DNA of 64,000 nt, from assembly GCA_965112735.1 (NCBI GenBank), contig OZ218950.1, positions 5,208,001 through 5,272,000 on the forward strand, written 5' to 3'. Positions 40,201-55,200 of this stretch are shown piece after piece; the first letter of the stretch is position 1; every line of letters begins with the position of its first letter. Source of the stretch: Phaeosaccion multiseriatum (taxonomy: Eukaryota > Protista > Ochrophyta, other classes). Both the position numbers and the translations under genes were made by a program. The notes beneath the pieces are model-generated. The model saw only the letters and a program-made list of their open reading frames with translations, had not been told where the DNA came from and made no database searches.

Positions 40201-43200
40201 GGTGCAGATGTATGCTGGTGTGAGCACGGTACTGACGGGCGGTGTGGTGAGTATCGGGGGCGGCGAGGGCCGCGCGTCCACGAGCGGGTCTGTGACTGTG
40301 CGCTCTCTGAACGCTGGCACGGCTGGCACGAGTGGTCGTCTGGTGTTCAGCTCTGGCACGGCCAACTCCGGCAACAGCGGCGCCGTGCTCATCGGCAGCG
40401 GCGCGAGCACGGGAGGACGTGGCGGTATGGTGAGCCTGACGGCGGGCAGCGGCACCAGCGGCGCTGGTGGTCTGGTGCAGATGTATGCTGGTGTGAGCAC
40501 GGTACTGACGGGCGGTGTGGTGAGCATCGGGGGCGGCGAGGGCCGCGCGTCCACGAGCGGATCCTTGACTGTGCGGTCTCTGAACGCTGGCACGGCTGGC
40601 ACGAGTGGCCGTCTGGTGTTCAGCTCCGGCACGGCCAACTCCGGCAACAGCGGCGCCGTGCTCATCGGCAGCGGCGCCAGCACGGGAGGACGCGGCGGCA
40701 TGGTGAGCTTGACGGCGGGCAGCGGCACCAGCGGCGCTGGCGGTCTGGTGCAGATGTATGCTGGTGTGAGCACGGTACTGACGGGCGGTGTGGTGAGCAT
40801 CGGGGGCGGCGAGGGCCGCGCGTCCACGAGCGGGTCTGTGACTGTGCGCTCTCTGAACGCTGGCACGGCTGGCACGAGTGGTCGTCTGGTGTTCAGCTCC
40901 GGCACGGCCAACTCCGGCAACAGCGGCGCCGTGCTCATCGGCAGCGGCGCCAGCACGGGAGGACGTGGCGGCATGGTGAGCCTGACGGCGGGCAGCGGCA
41001 CCAGCGGCGCTGGCGGTCTGGTGCAGATGTATGCTGGTGTGAGCACTGTACTGACGGGCGGTGTGGTGAGCATCGGAGGCGGCGAGGGCCGCGCGTCCAC
41101 GAGCGGGTCTGTGACTGTGCGCTCTCTGAACGCTGGCACGAAGGGCACGAGTGGTCGTCTGGTGTTCAGCTCCGGCACGGCCAACTCCGGCAACAGCGGC
41201 GCCGTGCTCATCGGCAGTGGCGCCAGCACGGGAGGACGTGGCGGCATGGTGAGCCTGACGGCGGGCAGCGGCACCAGCGGCGCTGGCGGTCTGGTGCAGA
41301 TGTATGCTGGTGTGAGCACGGTACTGACGGGCGGTGTGGTGAGCATCGGGGGCGGCGAGGGCCGCGCGTCCACGAGCGGGTCTGTGACTGTGCGCTCTCT
41401 GAACGCTGGCACGGCCGGCACGAGTGGTCGTCTGGTATTCAGCTCCGGCACGGCCAACTCCGGCAACAGCGGCGCCGTGCTCATCGGCAGCGGCGCCAGC
41501 ACGGGAGGACGTGGCGGCATGGTGAGCCTGACGGCGGGCAGCGGCACCAGCGGCGCTGGCGGTCTGGTGCAGATGTATGCTGGCGTGAGCACGGTACTGA
41601 CGGGTGGAGTAGTCAGCATCGGGGGCGGCGAGGGCCGCGCGTCCACGAGCGGGTCTGTGACTGTGCGGTCTCTGAACGCTGGCACGGCCGGCACGAGTGG
41701 TCGTCTGGTGTTCAGCTCCGGCACGGCCAACTCCGGCAACAGCGGCGCCGTGCTCATCGGCAGCGGCGCCAGCACAGGAGGGCGTGGTGGCATGGTGAGC
41801 CTGACGGCGGGCAGCGGCACCAGCGGCGCTGGTGGTCTGGTGCAGATGTATGCTGGTGTGAGCACGGTACTGACGGGCGGTGTGGTGAGCATCGGGGGCG
41901 GCGAGGGCCGCGCGTCCACAAGTGGGTCCGTGACTGTGCGGTCTCTGAACGCTGGCACGGCCGGCACGAGTGGTCGTCTGGTGTTCAGCTCCGGCACGGC
42001 CAACTCCGGTAACAGCGGCGCCGTGCTCATCGGCAGCGGCGCCAGCACGGGAGGACGTGGCGGCATGGTGAGCCTGACGGCGGGCAGCGGCACCAGCGGC
42101 GCTGGCGGTCTGGTGCAGATGTATGCTGGCCTGAGCACGGTACTGACGGGCGGTGTGGTGAGCATCGGGGGCGGCGAGGGCCGCGCGTCCACAAGCGGGT
42201 CTGTGACTGTGCGCTCTCTGAACGCTGGCACGGCTGGCACGAGTGGTCGTCTGGTGTTCAGCTCCGGCACGGCCAACTCCGGCAACAGCGGCGCCGTGCT
42301 CATCGGCAGCGGCGCCAGCACGGGAGGGCGTGGCGGCATGGTGAGCCTGACGGCGGGCAGTGGCACCAGCGGCGCTGGCGGTCTGGTGCAGATGTATGCT
42401 GGTGTGAGCACGGTACTGACGGGCGGTGTGGTGAGCATCGGGGGCGGCGAGGGCCGCACGTCCACGAGCGGGTCTGTGACTGTGCGCTCTCTGAACGCTG
42501 GTGCGGCTGGCACGAGTGGTCGTCTGATATTCAGCTCCGGCACGGCCAACTCCGGCAACAGCGGCGCCGTGCTCATCGGCAGCGGCGCGAGCACGGGAGG
42601 ACGTGGTGGCATGGTGAGCCTGACGGCGGGCAGCGGCACCAGCGGCGCTGGCGGTCTGGTGCAGATGTATGCTGGTGTGAGCACGGTACTGACGGGCGGT
42701 GTGGTGAGCATCGGGGGCGGCGAGGGCCGCGCGTCCACGAGCGGGTCTGTGACTGTGCGCTCTTTGAACGCTGGTGCGGCCGGCTCAAGTGGTCGTCTGG
42801 TGTTCAGCTCCGGCACGGCCAACTCCGGCAACAGCGGCGCCGTGCTCATCGGCAGCGGCGCCAGCACGGGAGGGCGTGGTGGTATGGTGAGCCTGACGGC
42901 GGGCAGCGGCACCAGCGGCGCTGGCGGTCTGGTGCAGATGTATGCTGGTGTGAGCACGGTACTGACGGGCGGTGTGGTGAGCATCGGGGGCGGCGAGGGC
43001 CGCACGTCCACGAGCGGGTCTGTGACTGTGCGCTCTCTGAACGCTGGCACGGCCGGCACGAGTGGTCGTCTGGTGTTCAGCTCTGGCACGGCCAACTCCG
43101 GCAACAGCGGCGCCGTGCTCATCGGCAGCGGCGCCAGCACGGGAGGACGTGGCGGCATGGTGAGCCTGACGGCGGGCAGCGGCACCAGCGGCGCTGGCGG

Positions 43201-46200
43201 TCTGGTGCAGATGTATGCTGGCGTGAGCACGGTACTGACGGGCGGTGTGGTGAGCATCGGGGGCGGCGAGGGCCGCGCGTCCACGAGCGGGTCCGTGACT
43301 GTGCGCTCTCTGAACGCTGGCACGGCTGGCACGAGTGGTCGTCTGGTGTTCAGCTCCGGCACAGCCAACTCCGGCAACAGCGGCGCCGTGCTCATCGGCA
43401 GCGGCGCCAGCACGGGAGGACGTGGCGGCATGGTGAGCCTGACGGCGGGCAGCGGCACCAGCGGCGCTGGCGGTCTGGTGCAGATGTATGCTGGTGTGAG
43501 CACGGTACTGACGGGAGGTGGGGTGAGCATCGGGGGCGGCGAGGGCCGCGCGTCCACGAGCGGGTCTGTGACTGTGCGCTCTCTGAACGCTGGCACGGCT
43601 GGCACGAGTGGTCGTCTGGTGTTCAGCTCCGGCACGGCCAACTCCGGCAACAGCGGCGCCGTGCTCATCGGAAGTGGCGCCAGCACGGGAGGACGTGGCG
43701 GCATGGTGAGCCTGACGGCGGGCAGCGGCACCAGCGGCGCTGGCGGTCTGGTGCAGATGTATGCTGGCGTGAGCACGGTACTGACGGGCGGTGTGGTGAG
43801 CATCGGGGGCGGTGAGGGTCGCGCGTCCACAAGTGGGTCCGTGACTGTGCGCTCTCTGAACGCTGGCACGGCTGGCACGAGTGGTCGTCTGGTGTTCAGC
43901 TCCGGCACGGCCAACTCCGGCAACAGCGGCGCCGTGCTCATCGGCAGCGGCGCCAGCACGGGAGGACGTGGCGGCATGGTGAGCATGACGGCGGGCAGCG
44001 GCACCAGCGGCGCTGGCGGTCTGGTGCAGATGTATGCTGGTGTGAGCACGGTACTGACGGGCGGTGTGGTGAGCATCGGGGGCGGCGAGGGCCGCGCGTC
44101 CACGAGCGGGTCCGTGACTGTGCGCTCTCTGAACGCTGGCACGAAGGGCACGAGTGGTCGTCTGGTGTTCAGCTCTGGCACGGCCAACTCCGGCAACAGC
44201 GGCGCCGTGCTCATCGGCAGCGGCGCCAGCACGGGAGGACGTGGCGGCATGGTGAGCCTGACGGCGGGCAGCGGCACCAGCGGCGCTGGCGGTCTGGTGC
44301 AGATGTATGCTGGTGTGAGCACGGTACTGACGGGCGGTGTGGTGAGCATCGGGGGCGGCGAGGGCCGCGCGTCCACGAGCGGGTCTGTGACTGTGCGCTC
44401 TCTGAACGCTGGTGCGGCTGGCACGAGTGGTCGTCTGGTGTTCAGCTCCGGCACGGCCAACTCCGGCAACAGCGGCGCCGTGCTCATCGGAAGTGGCGCC
44501 AGTACGGGAGGACGTGGCGGCATGCTGAGCCTGACGGCGGGCAGTGGCACCAGCGGCGCTGGCGGTCTGGTGCAGATGTATGCTGGCGTGAGCACCGTAC
44601 TGACGGGCGGTGTGGTGAGCATCGGGGGCGGCGAGGGCCGCGCGTCCACGAGCGGGTCTGTGACTGTGCGCTCACTGAATGCTGGCACGGCTGGCACGAG
44701 TGGTCGTCTGGTGTTCAGCTCCGGCACGGCCAACTCCGGCAACAGCGGCGCCGTGCTCATCGGCAGCGGCGCCAGCACGGGAGGACGTGGCGGCATGGTG
44801 AGCCTGACGGCGGGCAGCGGCACCAGTGGCGCTGGCGGTCTGGTGCAGATGTATGCTGGTGTGAGCACGGTACTGACGGGCGGTGTGGTGAGCATCGGGG
44901 GCGGCGAGGGCCGCGCGTCCACGAGCGGGTCTGTGACTGTGCGCTCTCTGAACGCTGGCACGAAGGGTACGAGTGGTCGTCTGGTGTTCAGCTCTGGCAC
45001 GGCCAACTCCGGCAACAGCGGCGCCGTGCTCATCGGCAGCGGCGCCAGCACGGGAGGACGTGGCGGCATGGTGAGCCTGACGGCGGGCAGCGGCACCAGC
45101 GGCGCTGGCGGTCTGGTGCAGATGTATGCTGGCTTGAGCACGGTACTGACGGGCGGTATGGTGAGCATCGGGGGCGGCGAGGGCCGCGCGTCCACGAGCG
45201 GGTCTGTGACTGTGCGCTCTCTGAACGCTGGCGCGGCTGGCACGAGTGGTCGTCTGATATTCAGCTCCGGCACGGCCAACTCCGGCAACAGCGGCGCCGT
45301 GCTCATCGGCAGCGGCGCCAGCACGGGAGGGCGTGGCGGCATGGTGAGCCTGACGGCGGGCAGCGGCACCAGCGGCGCTGGCGGTCTGGTGCAGATGTAT
45401 GCTGGTGTGAGCACGGTACTGACGGGCGGTGTGGTGAGCATCGGGGGCGGCGAGGGCCGCACGTCCACGAGCGGGTCTGTGACTGTGCGCTCTCTGAACG
45501 CTGGCACGGCCGGCACGAGTGGTCGTCTGGTGTTCAGCTCCGGTACAGCCAACTCCGGCAACAGCGGCGCCGTGCTCATCGGCAGCGGCGCCAGCACGGG
45601 AGGGCGTGGCGGCATGGTGAGCCTGACGGCGGGCAGCGGCACCAGCGGCGCTGGCGGTCTGGTGCAGATGTATGCTGGTGTTAGCACTGTACTGACGGGC
45701 GGTGTGGTGAGCATCGGCGGCGGCGAGGGCCGCGCGTCCACGAGCGGGTCTGTGACTGTGCGCTCTCTGAACGCTGGCACGGCCGGTACGAGTGGTCGTC
45801 TGGTGTTCAGCTCCGGCACGGCCAACTCCGGCAACAGCGGCGCCGTGCTCATCGGAAGTGGCGCCAGTACGGGAGGGCGTGGTGGCATGGTGAGCTTGAC
45901 GGCGGGCAGCGGCACCAGCGGCGCTGGCGGTCTGGTGCAGATGTATGCTGGTGTGAGCACTGTACTGACGGGCGGTGTGGTGAGCATCGGGGGCGGCGAG
46001 GGTCGCGCGTCCACGAGCGGGTCTGTGACTGTGCGCTCTCTGAACGCTGGCACGAAGGGCACGAGTGGTCGTCTGGTGTTCAGCTCTGGCACGGCCAACT
46101 CCGGCAACAGCGGCGCCGTGCTCATCGGCAGCGGCGCCAGCACGGGAGGACGTGGCGGCATGGTGAGCCTGACGGCGGGCAGCGGCACCAGCGGCGCTGG

Positions 46201-49200
46201 CGGTCTGGTACAGATGTATGCTGGTGTGAGCACTGTACTGACGGGCGGTGTGGTGAGCATCGGGGGCGGCGAGGGCCGCGCGTCCACGAGCGGGTCTGTG
46301 ACTGTGCGCTCTCTGAACGCTGGCACGGCTGGTACGAGTGGTCGTCTGGTGTTCAGCTCCGGCACGGCCAACTCCGGCAACAGCGGCGCCGTGCTCATCG
46401 GCAGCGGCGCCAGCACGGGAGGGCGTGGCGGCATGGTGAGCCTGACGGCGGGCAGCGGCACCAGCGGCGCTGGCGGTCTGGTGCAGATGTATGCTGGTGT
46501 GAGCACGGTACTGACGGGCGGTGTGGTGAGCATCGGGGGCGGCGAGGGCCGCGCGTCCACGAGCGGGTCTGTGACTGTGCGCTCTCTGAATGCTGGCACG
46601 GCTGGCACGAGTGGTCGTCTGGTGTTCAGCTCTGGCACAGCCAACTCCGGCAACAGCGGCGCCGTGCTCATCGGCAGCGGCGCCAGCACGGGAGGACGTG
46701 GCGGCATGGTGAGCCTGACGGCGGGCAGCGGCACCAGCGGCGCTGGCGGTCTGGTGCAGATGTATGCCGGCGTGAGCACGGTACTGACGGGCGGTGTGGT
46801 GAGCATCGGGGGCGGCGAGGGTCGCGCATCCACAAGCGGGTCTGTGACTGTGCGCTCTCTGAACGCTGGCACGAAGGGCACGAGTGGTCGTCTGGTGTTC
46901 AGCTCCGGTACGGCCAACTCCGGCAACAGCGGCGCCGTGCTCATCGGCAGCGGCGCCAGCACGGGAGGGCGTGGCGGCATGGTGAGCCTGACGGCGGGCA
47001 GCGGCACCAGCGGCGCTGGCGGTCTGGTGCAGATGTATGCTGGTGTGAGCACGGTACTGACGGGCGGTGTGGTGAGCATCGGGGGCGGCGAGGGTCGCGC
47101 GTCCACGAGCGGGTCCGTGACTGTGCGCTCTCTGAACGCTGGCACGGCTGGCACGAGTGGTCGTCTGGTGTTCAGCTCCGGTACAGCCAACTCCGGCAAC
47201 AGCGGCGCCGTGCTCATCGGCAGCGGCGCCAGCACAGGCGGGCGTGGTGGCATGGTGAGCCTGACGGCGGGCAGCGGCACCAGCGGCGCTGGCGGTCTGG
47301 TGCAGATGTATGCTGGTGTGAGCACGGTACTGACGGGCGGTGTGGTGAGCATCGGGGGCGGCGAGGGCCGCGCGTCCACGAGCGGGTCTGTGACTGTGCG
47401 CTCTCTGAACGCTGGCACGGCTGGTACGAGTGGTCGTCTGGTGTTCAGCTCCGGCACGGCCAACTCCGGCAACAGCGGCGCCGTGCTCATCGGCAGCGGC
47501 GCCAGCACGGGAGGGCGTGGCGGCATGGTGAGCCTGACGGCGGGCAGCGGCACGGGCGGCGCTGGCGGTCTGGTGCAGATGTATGCTGGTGTGAGCACGG
47601 TACTGACGGGCGGTGTGGTGAGCATCGGGGGCGGCGAGGGCCGCGCGTCCACGAGCGGGTCTGTGACTGTGCGCTCTCTGAATGCTGGCACGGCTGGTAC
47701 GAGTGGTCGTCTGGTGTTCAGCTCCGGCACGGCCAACTCCGGCAACAGCGGCGCCGTGCTCATCGGCAGCGGCGCCAGCACGGGAGGGCGTGGTGGGATG
47801 GTGAGCCTGACGGCGGGCAGCGGCACCAGCGGCGCTGGCGGTCTGGTGCAGATGTATGCCGGCGTGAGCACTGTACTGACGGGTGGAGTAGTGAGCATCG
47901 GGGGCGGCGAGGGCCGCGCGTCCACGAGCGGGTCTGTGACTGTGCGCTCTCTGAACGCTGGCACGAAGGGTACGAGTGGTCGTCTGGTGTTCAGCTCCGG
48001 CACGGCCAACTCCGGCAACAGCGGCGCCGTGCTCATCGGCAGCGGCGCCAGCACGGGAGGACGTGGCGGCATGGTGAGCCTGACGGCGGGCAGCGGCACC
48101 AGCGGCGCTGGCGGTCTGGTGCAGATGTATGCTGGTGTGAGCACGGTACTGACGGGCGGTGTGGTGAGTATCGGGGGCGGCGAGGGTCGCGCGTCCACGA
48201 GCGGGTCTGTGACTGTGCGCTCTCTGAACGCTGGTACGGCTGGCACGAGTGGTCGTCTGGTATTCAGCTCCGGCACGGCCAACTCCGGCAACAGCGGCGC
48301 CGTGCTCATCGGCAGCGGCGCCAGCACGGGAGGACGTGGCGGCATGCTGAGCCTGACGGCGGGCAGCGGCACCAGCGGCGCTGGCGGTCTGGTGCAGATG
48401 TATGCTGGTGTGAGCACGGTACTGACGGGCGGTGTGGTGAGCATCGGGGGCGGCGAGGGCCGCGCGTCCACGAGCGGGTCTGTGACTGTGCGCTCTCTGA
48501 ACGCTGGCACGGCTGGCACGAGTGGTCGTCTGGTGTTCAGCTCCGGCACGGCCAACTCCGGCAACAGCGGCGCCGTGCTCATCGGCAGCGGCGCCAGCAC
48601 GGGAGGGCGTGGCGGCATGGTGAGCCTGACGGCGGGCAGCGGCACGAGCGGCGCTGGCGGTCTGGTGCAGATGTATGCTGGTGTGAGCACGGTACAGACG
48701 GGCGGTGTGGTGAGCATCGGGGGCGGCGAGGGCCGCGCGTCCACGAGCGGGTCTGTGACTGTGCGCTCTCTGAACGCTGGCACGGCTGGCGCGAGTGGTC
48801 GTCTGGTGTTCAGCTCTGGCACGGCCAACTCCGGCAACAGCGGCGCCGTGCTCATCGGCAGCGGCGCCAGCACGGGAGGACGTGGCGGCATGGTGAGCCT
48901 GACGGCGGGCAGCGGCACCAGCGGCGCTGGCGGTCTGGTGCAGATGTATGCTGGTGTGAGCACGGTACTGACGGGCGGTGTGGTGAGCATCGGGGGCGGC
49001 GAGGGCCGCGCATCCACGAGCGGGTCTGTGACTGTGCGCTCTCTGAACGCTGGCACGGCCGGCACGAGTGGTCGTCTGGTGTTCAGCTCCGGCACGGCCA
49101 ACTCCGGCAACAGCGGCGCCGTGCTCATCGGCAGCGGCGCCAGCACGGGAGGACGTGGCGGCATGGTGAGCCTGACGGTGGGCAGCGGCACCAGCGGCGC

Positions 49201-52200
49201 TGGCGGTCTGGTGCAGATGTATGCTGGTGTGAGCACGGTACTGACGGGTGGAGTAGTGAGCATCGGGGGCGGCGAGGGTCGCGCGTCCACGAGCGGGTCT
49301 GTGACTGTGCGCTCTCTGAACGCTGGCACTGCTGGCACGAGTGGTCGTCTGGTATTCAGCTCCGGCACGGCCAACTCCGGCAACAGCGGCGCCGTGCTCA
49401 TCGGCAGCGGCGCCAGCACGGGGGGGCGTGGTGGCATGGTGAGCCTGACGGCGGGCAGCGGCACCAGCGGCGCTGGCGGTCTGGTGCAGATGTATGCTGG
49501 TGTGAGCACGGTACTGACGGGCGGTGGGGTGAGCATCGGGGGCGGCGAGGGCCGCGCATCCACGAGCGGGTCTGTGACTGTGCGGTCTCTGAACGCTGGC
49601 ACGGCCGGCACGAGTGGTCGTCTGGTGTTCAGCTCCGGCACGGCCAACTCCGGCAACAGTGGCGCCGTGCTCATCGGCAGCGGCGCCAGCACGGGAGGAC
49701 GTGGCGGCATGCTGAGCCTGACGGCGGGCAGCGGCACCAGCGGCGCTGGCGGTCTGGTGCAGATGTATGCTGGTGTGAGCACGGTACTGACGGGTGGAGT
49801 AGTGAGCATCGGGGGCGGCGAGGGTCGCGCGTCCACGAGCGGGTCTGTGACTGTGCGCTCTCTGAACGCTGGCACGGCTGGCACGAGTGGTCGTCTGGTG
49901 TTCAGCTCCGGCACGGCCAACTCCGGCAACAGCGGCGCCGTGCTCATCGGCAGCGGCGCCAGCACGGGAGGACGTGGCGGCATGGTGAGCCTGACGGCGG
50001 GCAGCGGCACCAGCGGCGCTGGCGGTCTGGTGCAGATGTATGCTGGCGTGAGCACGGTACTGACGGGTGGAGTAGTGAGCATCGGGGGCGGCGAGGGCCG
50101 CGCATCCACAAGCGGGTCTGTGACTGTGCGCTCTCTGAATGCTGGCACGGCTGGTACGAGTGGTCGTCTGGTGTTCAGCTCCGGCACGGCCAACTCCGGC
50201 AACAGCGGCGCCGTGCTCATCGGTAGTGGCGCCAGCACGGGAGGACGCGGCGGCATGGTGAGCCTGACGGCGGGCAGCGGCACCAGCGGCGCTGGCGGTC
50301 TGGTGCAGATGTATGCCGGCGTGAGCACGGTACTGACGGGCGGTGTGGTGAGCATCGGGGGCGGCGAGGGCCGCGCGTCCACGAGCGGGTCTGTGACTGT
50401 GCGGTCTCTGAACGCTGGCACGGCTGGCACGAGTGGTCGTCTGGTGTTCAGCTCCGGCACGGCCAACTCCGGCAACAGCGGCGCCGTGCTCATCGGCAGC
50501 GGCGCCAGCACGGGAGGACGTGGCGGCATGGTGAGCCTGACGGCGGGCAGCGGCACCAGCGGCGCTGGCGGTCTGGTGCAGATGTATGCTGGTGTGAGCA
50601 CGGTACTGACGGGCGGTGTGGTGAGCATCGGGGGCGGCGAGGGCCGCGCATCCACGAGCGGGTCTGTGACTGTGCGCTCTCTGAACGCTGGCACGGCCGG
50701 CACGAGTGGTCGTCTGGTGTTCAGCTCCGGCACGGCCAACTCCGGCAACAGCGGCGCCGTGCTCATCGGCAGCGGCGCCAGCACGGGAGGACGTGGCGGC
50801 ATGGTGAGCCTGACGGTGGGCAGCGGCACCAGCGGCGCTGGCGGTCTGGTGCAGATGTATGCTGGTGTGAGCACGGTACTGACGGGCGGTGTGGTGAGCA
50901 TCGGGGGCGGCGAGGGCCGCGCGTCCACGAGCGGGTCTGTGACTGTGCGCTCTCTGAATGCTGGCACGGCTGGCACGAGTGGTCGTCTGGTGTTCAGCTC
51001 TGGCACAGCCAACTCCGGCAACAGCGGCGCCGTGCTCATCGGCAGCGGCGCCAGCACGGGAGGACGTGGCGGCATGGTGAGCCTGACGGCGGGCAGCGGC
51101 ACCAGCGGCGCTGGCGGTCTGGTGCAGATGTATGCCGGCGTGAGCACGGTACTGACGGGCGGTGTGGTGAGCATCGGGGGCGGCGAGGGCCGCGCGTCCA
51201 CGAGCGGGTCTGTGACTGTGCGGTCTCTGAACGCTGGCACGGCTGGCACGAGTGGTCGTCTGGTGTTCAGCTCCGGCACGGCCAACTCCGGCAACAGCGG
51301 CGCCGTGCTCATCGGCAGCGGCGCCAGCACGGGAGGACGTGGCGGCATAGTGAGCCTGACGGCGGGCAGCGGCACCAGCGGCGCTGGCGGTCTGGTGCAG
51401 ATGTATGCTGGCGTGAGCACGGTACTGACGGGCGGTGTGGTGAGCATCGGGGGCGGCGAGGGCCGCGCGTCCACGAGCGGGTCTGTGACTGTGCGCTCTC
51501 TGAACGCTGGCACGGCTGGCACGAGTGGTCGTCTGGTGTTCAGCTCCGGCACAGCCAACTCCGGCAACAGCGGCGCCGTGCTCATCGGCAGCGGCGCCAG
51601 CACGGGAGGACGTGGCGGCATGGTGAGCCTGACGGCGGGCAGCGGCACCAGCGGCGCTGGCGGTCTGGTGCAGATGTATGCTGGCGTGAGCACGGTACTG
51701 ACGGGCGGTGTGGTGAGCATCGGGGGCGGCGAGGGTCGCGCGTCCACGAGCGGGTCTGTGACTGTGCGCTCTCTGAACGCTGGCACGAAGGGTACGAGTG
51801 GTCGTCTGGTGTTCAGCTCCGGCACGGCCAACTCCGGCAACAGCGGCGCCGTGCTCATCGGCAGCGGCGCCAGCACGGGAGGACGTGGCGGCATGCTGAG
51901 CCTGACGGCGGGCAGCGGCACCAGCGGCGCTGGCGGTCTGGTGCAGATGTATGCTGGTGTGAGCACGGTACTGACGGGCGGTGTGGTGAGCATCGGAGGC
52001 GGCGAGGGCCGCGCGTCCACGAGCGGGTCTGTGACTGTGCGCTCTCTGAACGCTGGCACGGCTGGCACGAGTGGTCGTCTGGTGTTCAGCTCCGGCACGG
52101 CCAACTCCGGCAACAGCGGCGCCGTGCTCATCGGCAGCGGCGCCAGCACGGGAGGACGCGGCGGCATGGTGAGCCTGACGGCGGGCAGCGGCACCAGCGG

Positions 52201-55200
52201 CGCTGGCGGTCTGGTGCAGATGTATGCTGGTGTGAGCATTGTCCTGACGGGCGGTGTGGTGAGCATCGGGGGCGGCGAGGGCCGCGCGTCCACGAGCGGG
52301 TCTGTGACTGTGCGCTCTCTGAACGCTGGCACGGCTGGTACGAGTGGTCGTCTGGTGTTCAGCTCTGGCACGGCCAACTCCGGCAACAGCGGCGCCGTGC
52401 TCATCGGCAGCGGCGCCAGCACGGGAGGACGTGGCGGCATGGTGAGCCTGACGGCGGGCAGCGGCACCAGCGGCGCTGGCGGTCTGGTGCAGATGTATGC
52501 TGGTGTGAGCACGGTACTGACGGGCGGTGTGGTGAGCATCGGGGGCGGCGAGGGCCGCGCATCCACGAGCGGGTCTGTGACTGTGCGCTCTCTGAACGCT
52601 GGCACGGCTGGCACGAGTGGTCGTCTGGTGTTCAGCTCCGGCACGGCCAACTCCGGCAACAGCGGCGCCGTGCTCATCGGCAGCGGCGCCAGCACGGGAG
52701 GACGTGGCGGCATGGTGAGCCTGACGGTGGGCAGCGGCACCAGCGGCGCTGGCGGTCTGGTGCAGATGTATGCTGGCGTGAGCACGGTACTGACGGGCGG
52801 TGTGGTGAGCATCGGGGGCGGTGAGGGCCGCGCGTCCACGAGCGGGTCTGTGACTGTGCGCTCTCTGAATGCTGGCACGGCTGGTACGAGTGGTCGTCTG
52901 GTGTTCAGCTCCGGCACGGCCAACTCCGGCAACAGCGGCGCCGTGCTCATCGGTAGTGGCGCCAGCACGGGAGGACGCGGCGGCATGGTGAGCCTGACGG
53001 CGGGCAGCGGCACCAGCGGCGCTGGCGGTCTGGTGCAGATGTATGCTGGTGTGAGCACGGTACTGACGGGCGGTGTGGTGAGCATCGGGGGCGGCGAGGG
53101 TCGAGCGTCCACGAGCGGGTCTGTGACTGTGCGCTCTCTGAACGCTGGCACGGCTGGCACGAGTGGTCGTCTGGTGTTCAGCTCCGGCACGGCCAACTCC
53201 GGCAACAGCGGCGCCGTGCTCATCGGCAGCGGCGCCAGCACGGGAGGGCGTGGCGGCATGGTGAGCCTGACGGCGGGCAGCGGCACCAGCGGCGCTGGCG
53301 GTCTGGTGCAAATGTATGCTGGTGTGAGCACGGTACTGACGGGCGGTGTGGTGAGCATCGGGGGCGGCGAGGGCCGCGCGTCCACGAGCGGGTCTGTGAC
53401 TGTGCGCTCTCTGAACGCTGGCACGGCTGGCACGAGTGGTCGTCTGGTGTTCAGCTCTGGCACAGCCAACTCCGGCAACAGCGGCGCCGTGCTCATCGGC
53501 AGCGGCGCCAGCACGGGAGGACGTGGCGGCATGGTGAGCCTGACGGCGGGCAGCGGCACCAGCGGCGCTGGCGGTCTGGTGCAGATGTATGCTGGTGTGA
53601 GCACGGTACTGACGGGTGGAGTGGTGAGCATCGGGGGCGGCGAGGGCCGCGCGTCCACGAGCGGGTCTGTGACTGTGCGCTCTCTGAACGCTGGCACGAA
53701 GGGTACGAGTGGTCGTCTGGTGTTCAGCTCCGGCACGGCCAACTCCGGCAACAGCGGCGCCGTGCTCATCGGCAGCGGCGCCAGCACGGGAGGACGTGGC
53801 GGCATGGTGAGCCTGACGGCGGGCAGCGGCACGAGTGGCGCTGGCGGTCTGGTGCAGATGTATGCTGGCGTGAGCACGGTACTGACGGGCGGTGTGGTGA
53901 GCATCGGGGGCGGCGAGGGCCGCGCGTCCACGAGCGGGTCTGTGACTGTGCGCTCTCTGAACGCTGGCACGGCTGGCACGAGTGGTCGTCTGGTGTTCAG
54001 CTCCGGCACGGCCAACTCCGGCAACAGCGGCGCCGTGCTCATCGGCAGCGGCGCCAGCACGGGAGGACGTGGCGGCATGGTGAGCCTGACGGCGGGCAGC
54101 GGCACGAGTGGCACTGGCGGTCTGGTACGGATGTATGCTGGTGTGAGCACGGTACTGACGGGCGGTGTGGTGAGCATCGGGGGCGGCGAGGGCCGCGCGT
54201 CCACGAGCGGGTCTGTGACTGTGCGCTCTCTGAACGCTGGCACGGCCGGCACGAGTGGTCGTCTGGTGTTCAGCTCCGGCACGGCCAACTCCGGCAACAG
54301 CGGCGCCGTGCTCATCGGCAGCGGCGCCAGCACGGGAGGACGTGGCGGCATGGTGAGCCTGACGGCGGGCAGCGGCACGAGTGGCGCTGGCGGTCTGGTG
54401 CAGATGTATGCTGGTGTGAGCACGGTACTGACGGGCGGTGTGGTGAGCATCGGGGGCGGCGAGGGCCGCGCGTCCACGAGCGGGTCTGTGACTGTGCGCT
54501 CTCTGAACGCTGGTACGGCTGGCACGAGTGGTCGTCTGGTGTTCAGCTCCGGCACGGCCAACTCCGGCAACAGCGGCGCCGTGCTCATCGGCAGCGGCGC
54601 CAGCACGGGAGGGCGTGGCGGCATGGTGAGCCTGACGGCGGGCAGCGGCACCAGCGGCGCTGGCGGTCTGGTGCAGATGTATGCTGGCGTGAGCACGGTA
54701 CTGACGGGCGGTGTGGTGAGCATCGGGGGCGGCGAGGGCCGCGCGTCCACGAGCGGGTCTGTGACTGTGCGCTCTCTGAACGCTGGCACGGCTGGCACGA
54801 GTGGTCGTCTGGTGTTCAGCTCCGGCACGGCCAACTCCGGCAACAGCGGCGCCGTGCTCATCGGCAGCGGCGCCAGCACGGGGGGGCGTGGTGGCATGGT
54901 GAGCCTGACGGCGGGCAGCGGCACCAGCGGCGCTGGCGGTCTGGTGCAGATGTATGCTGGCGTGAGCACGGTACTGACGGGCGGTGTGGTGAGCATCGGG
55001 GGCGGCGAGGGCCGCGCGTCCACGAGCGGGTCTGTGACTGTGCGCTCTCTGAACGCTGGCACGAAGGGTACGAGTGGTCGTCTGGTGTTCAGCTCCGGCA
55101 CGGCCAACTCCGGCAACAGCGGCGCCGTGCTCATCGGCAGCGGCGCCAGCACGGGAGGACGTGGCGGCATGGTGAGCCTGACGGCGGGCAGCGGCACGAG

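Noticed and set aside
44672-53311. 2,879-aa Ala/His/Arg-rich minus-strand ORF
   Set aside because: In-register antisense frame of the same array; it is terminated by a synonymous TCA codon of the + strand gene.
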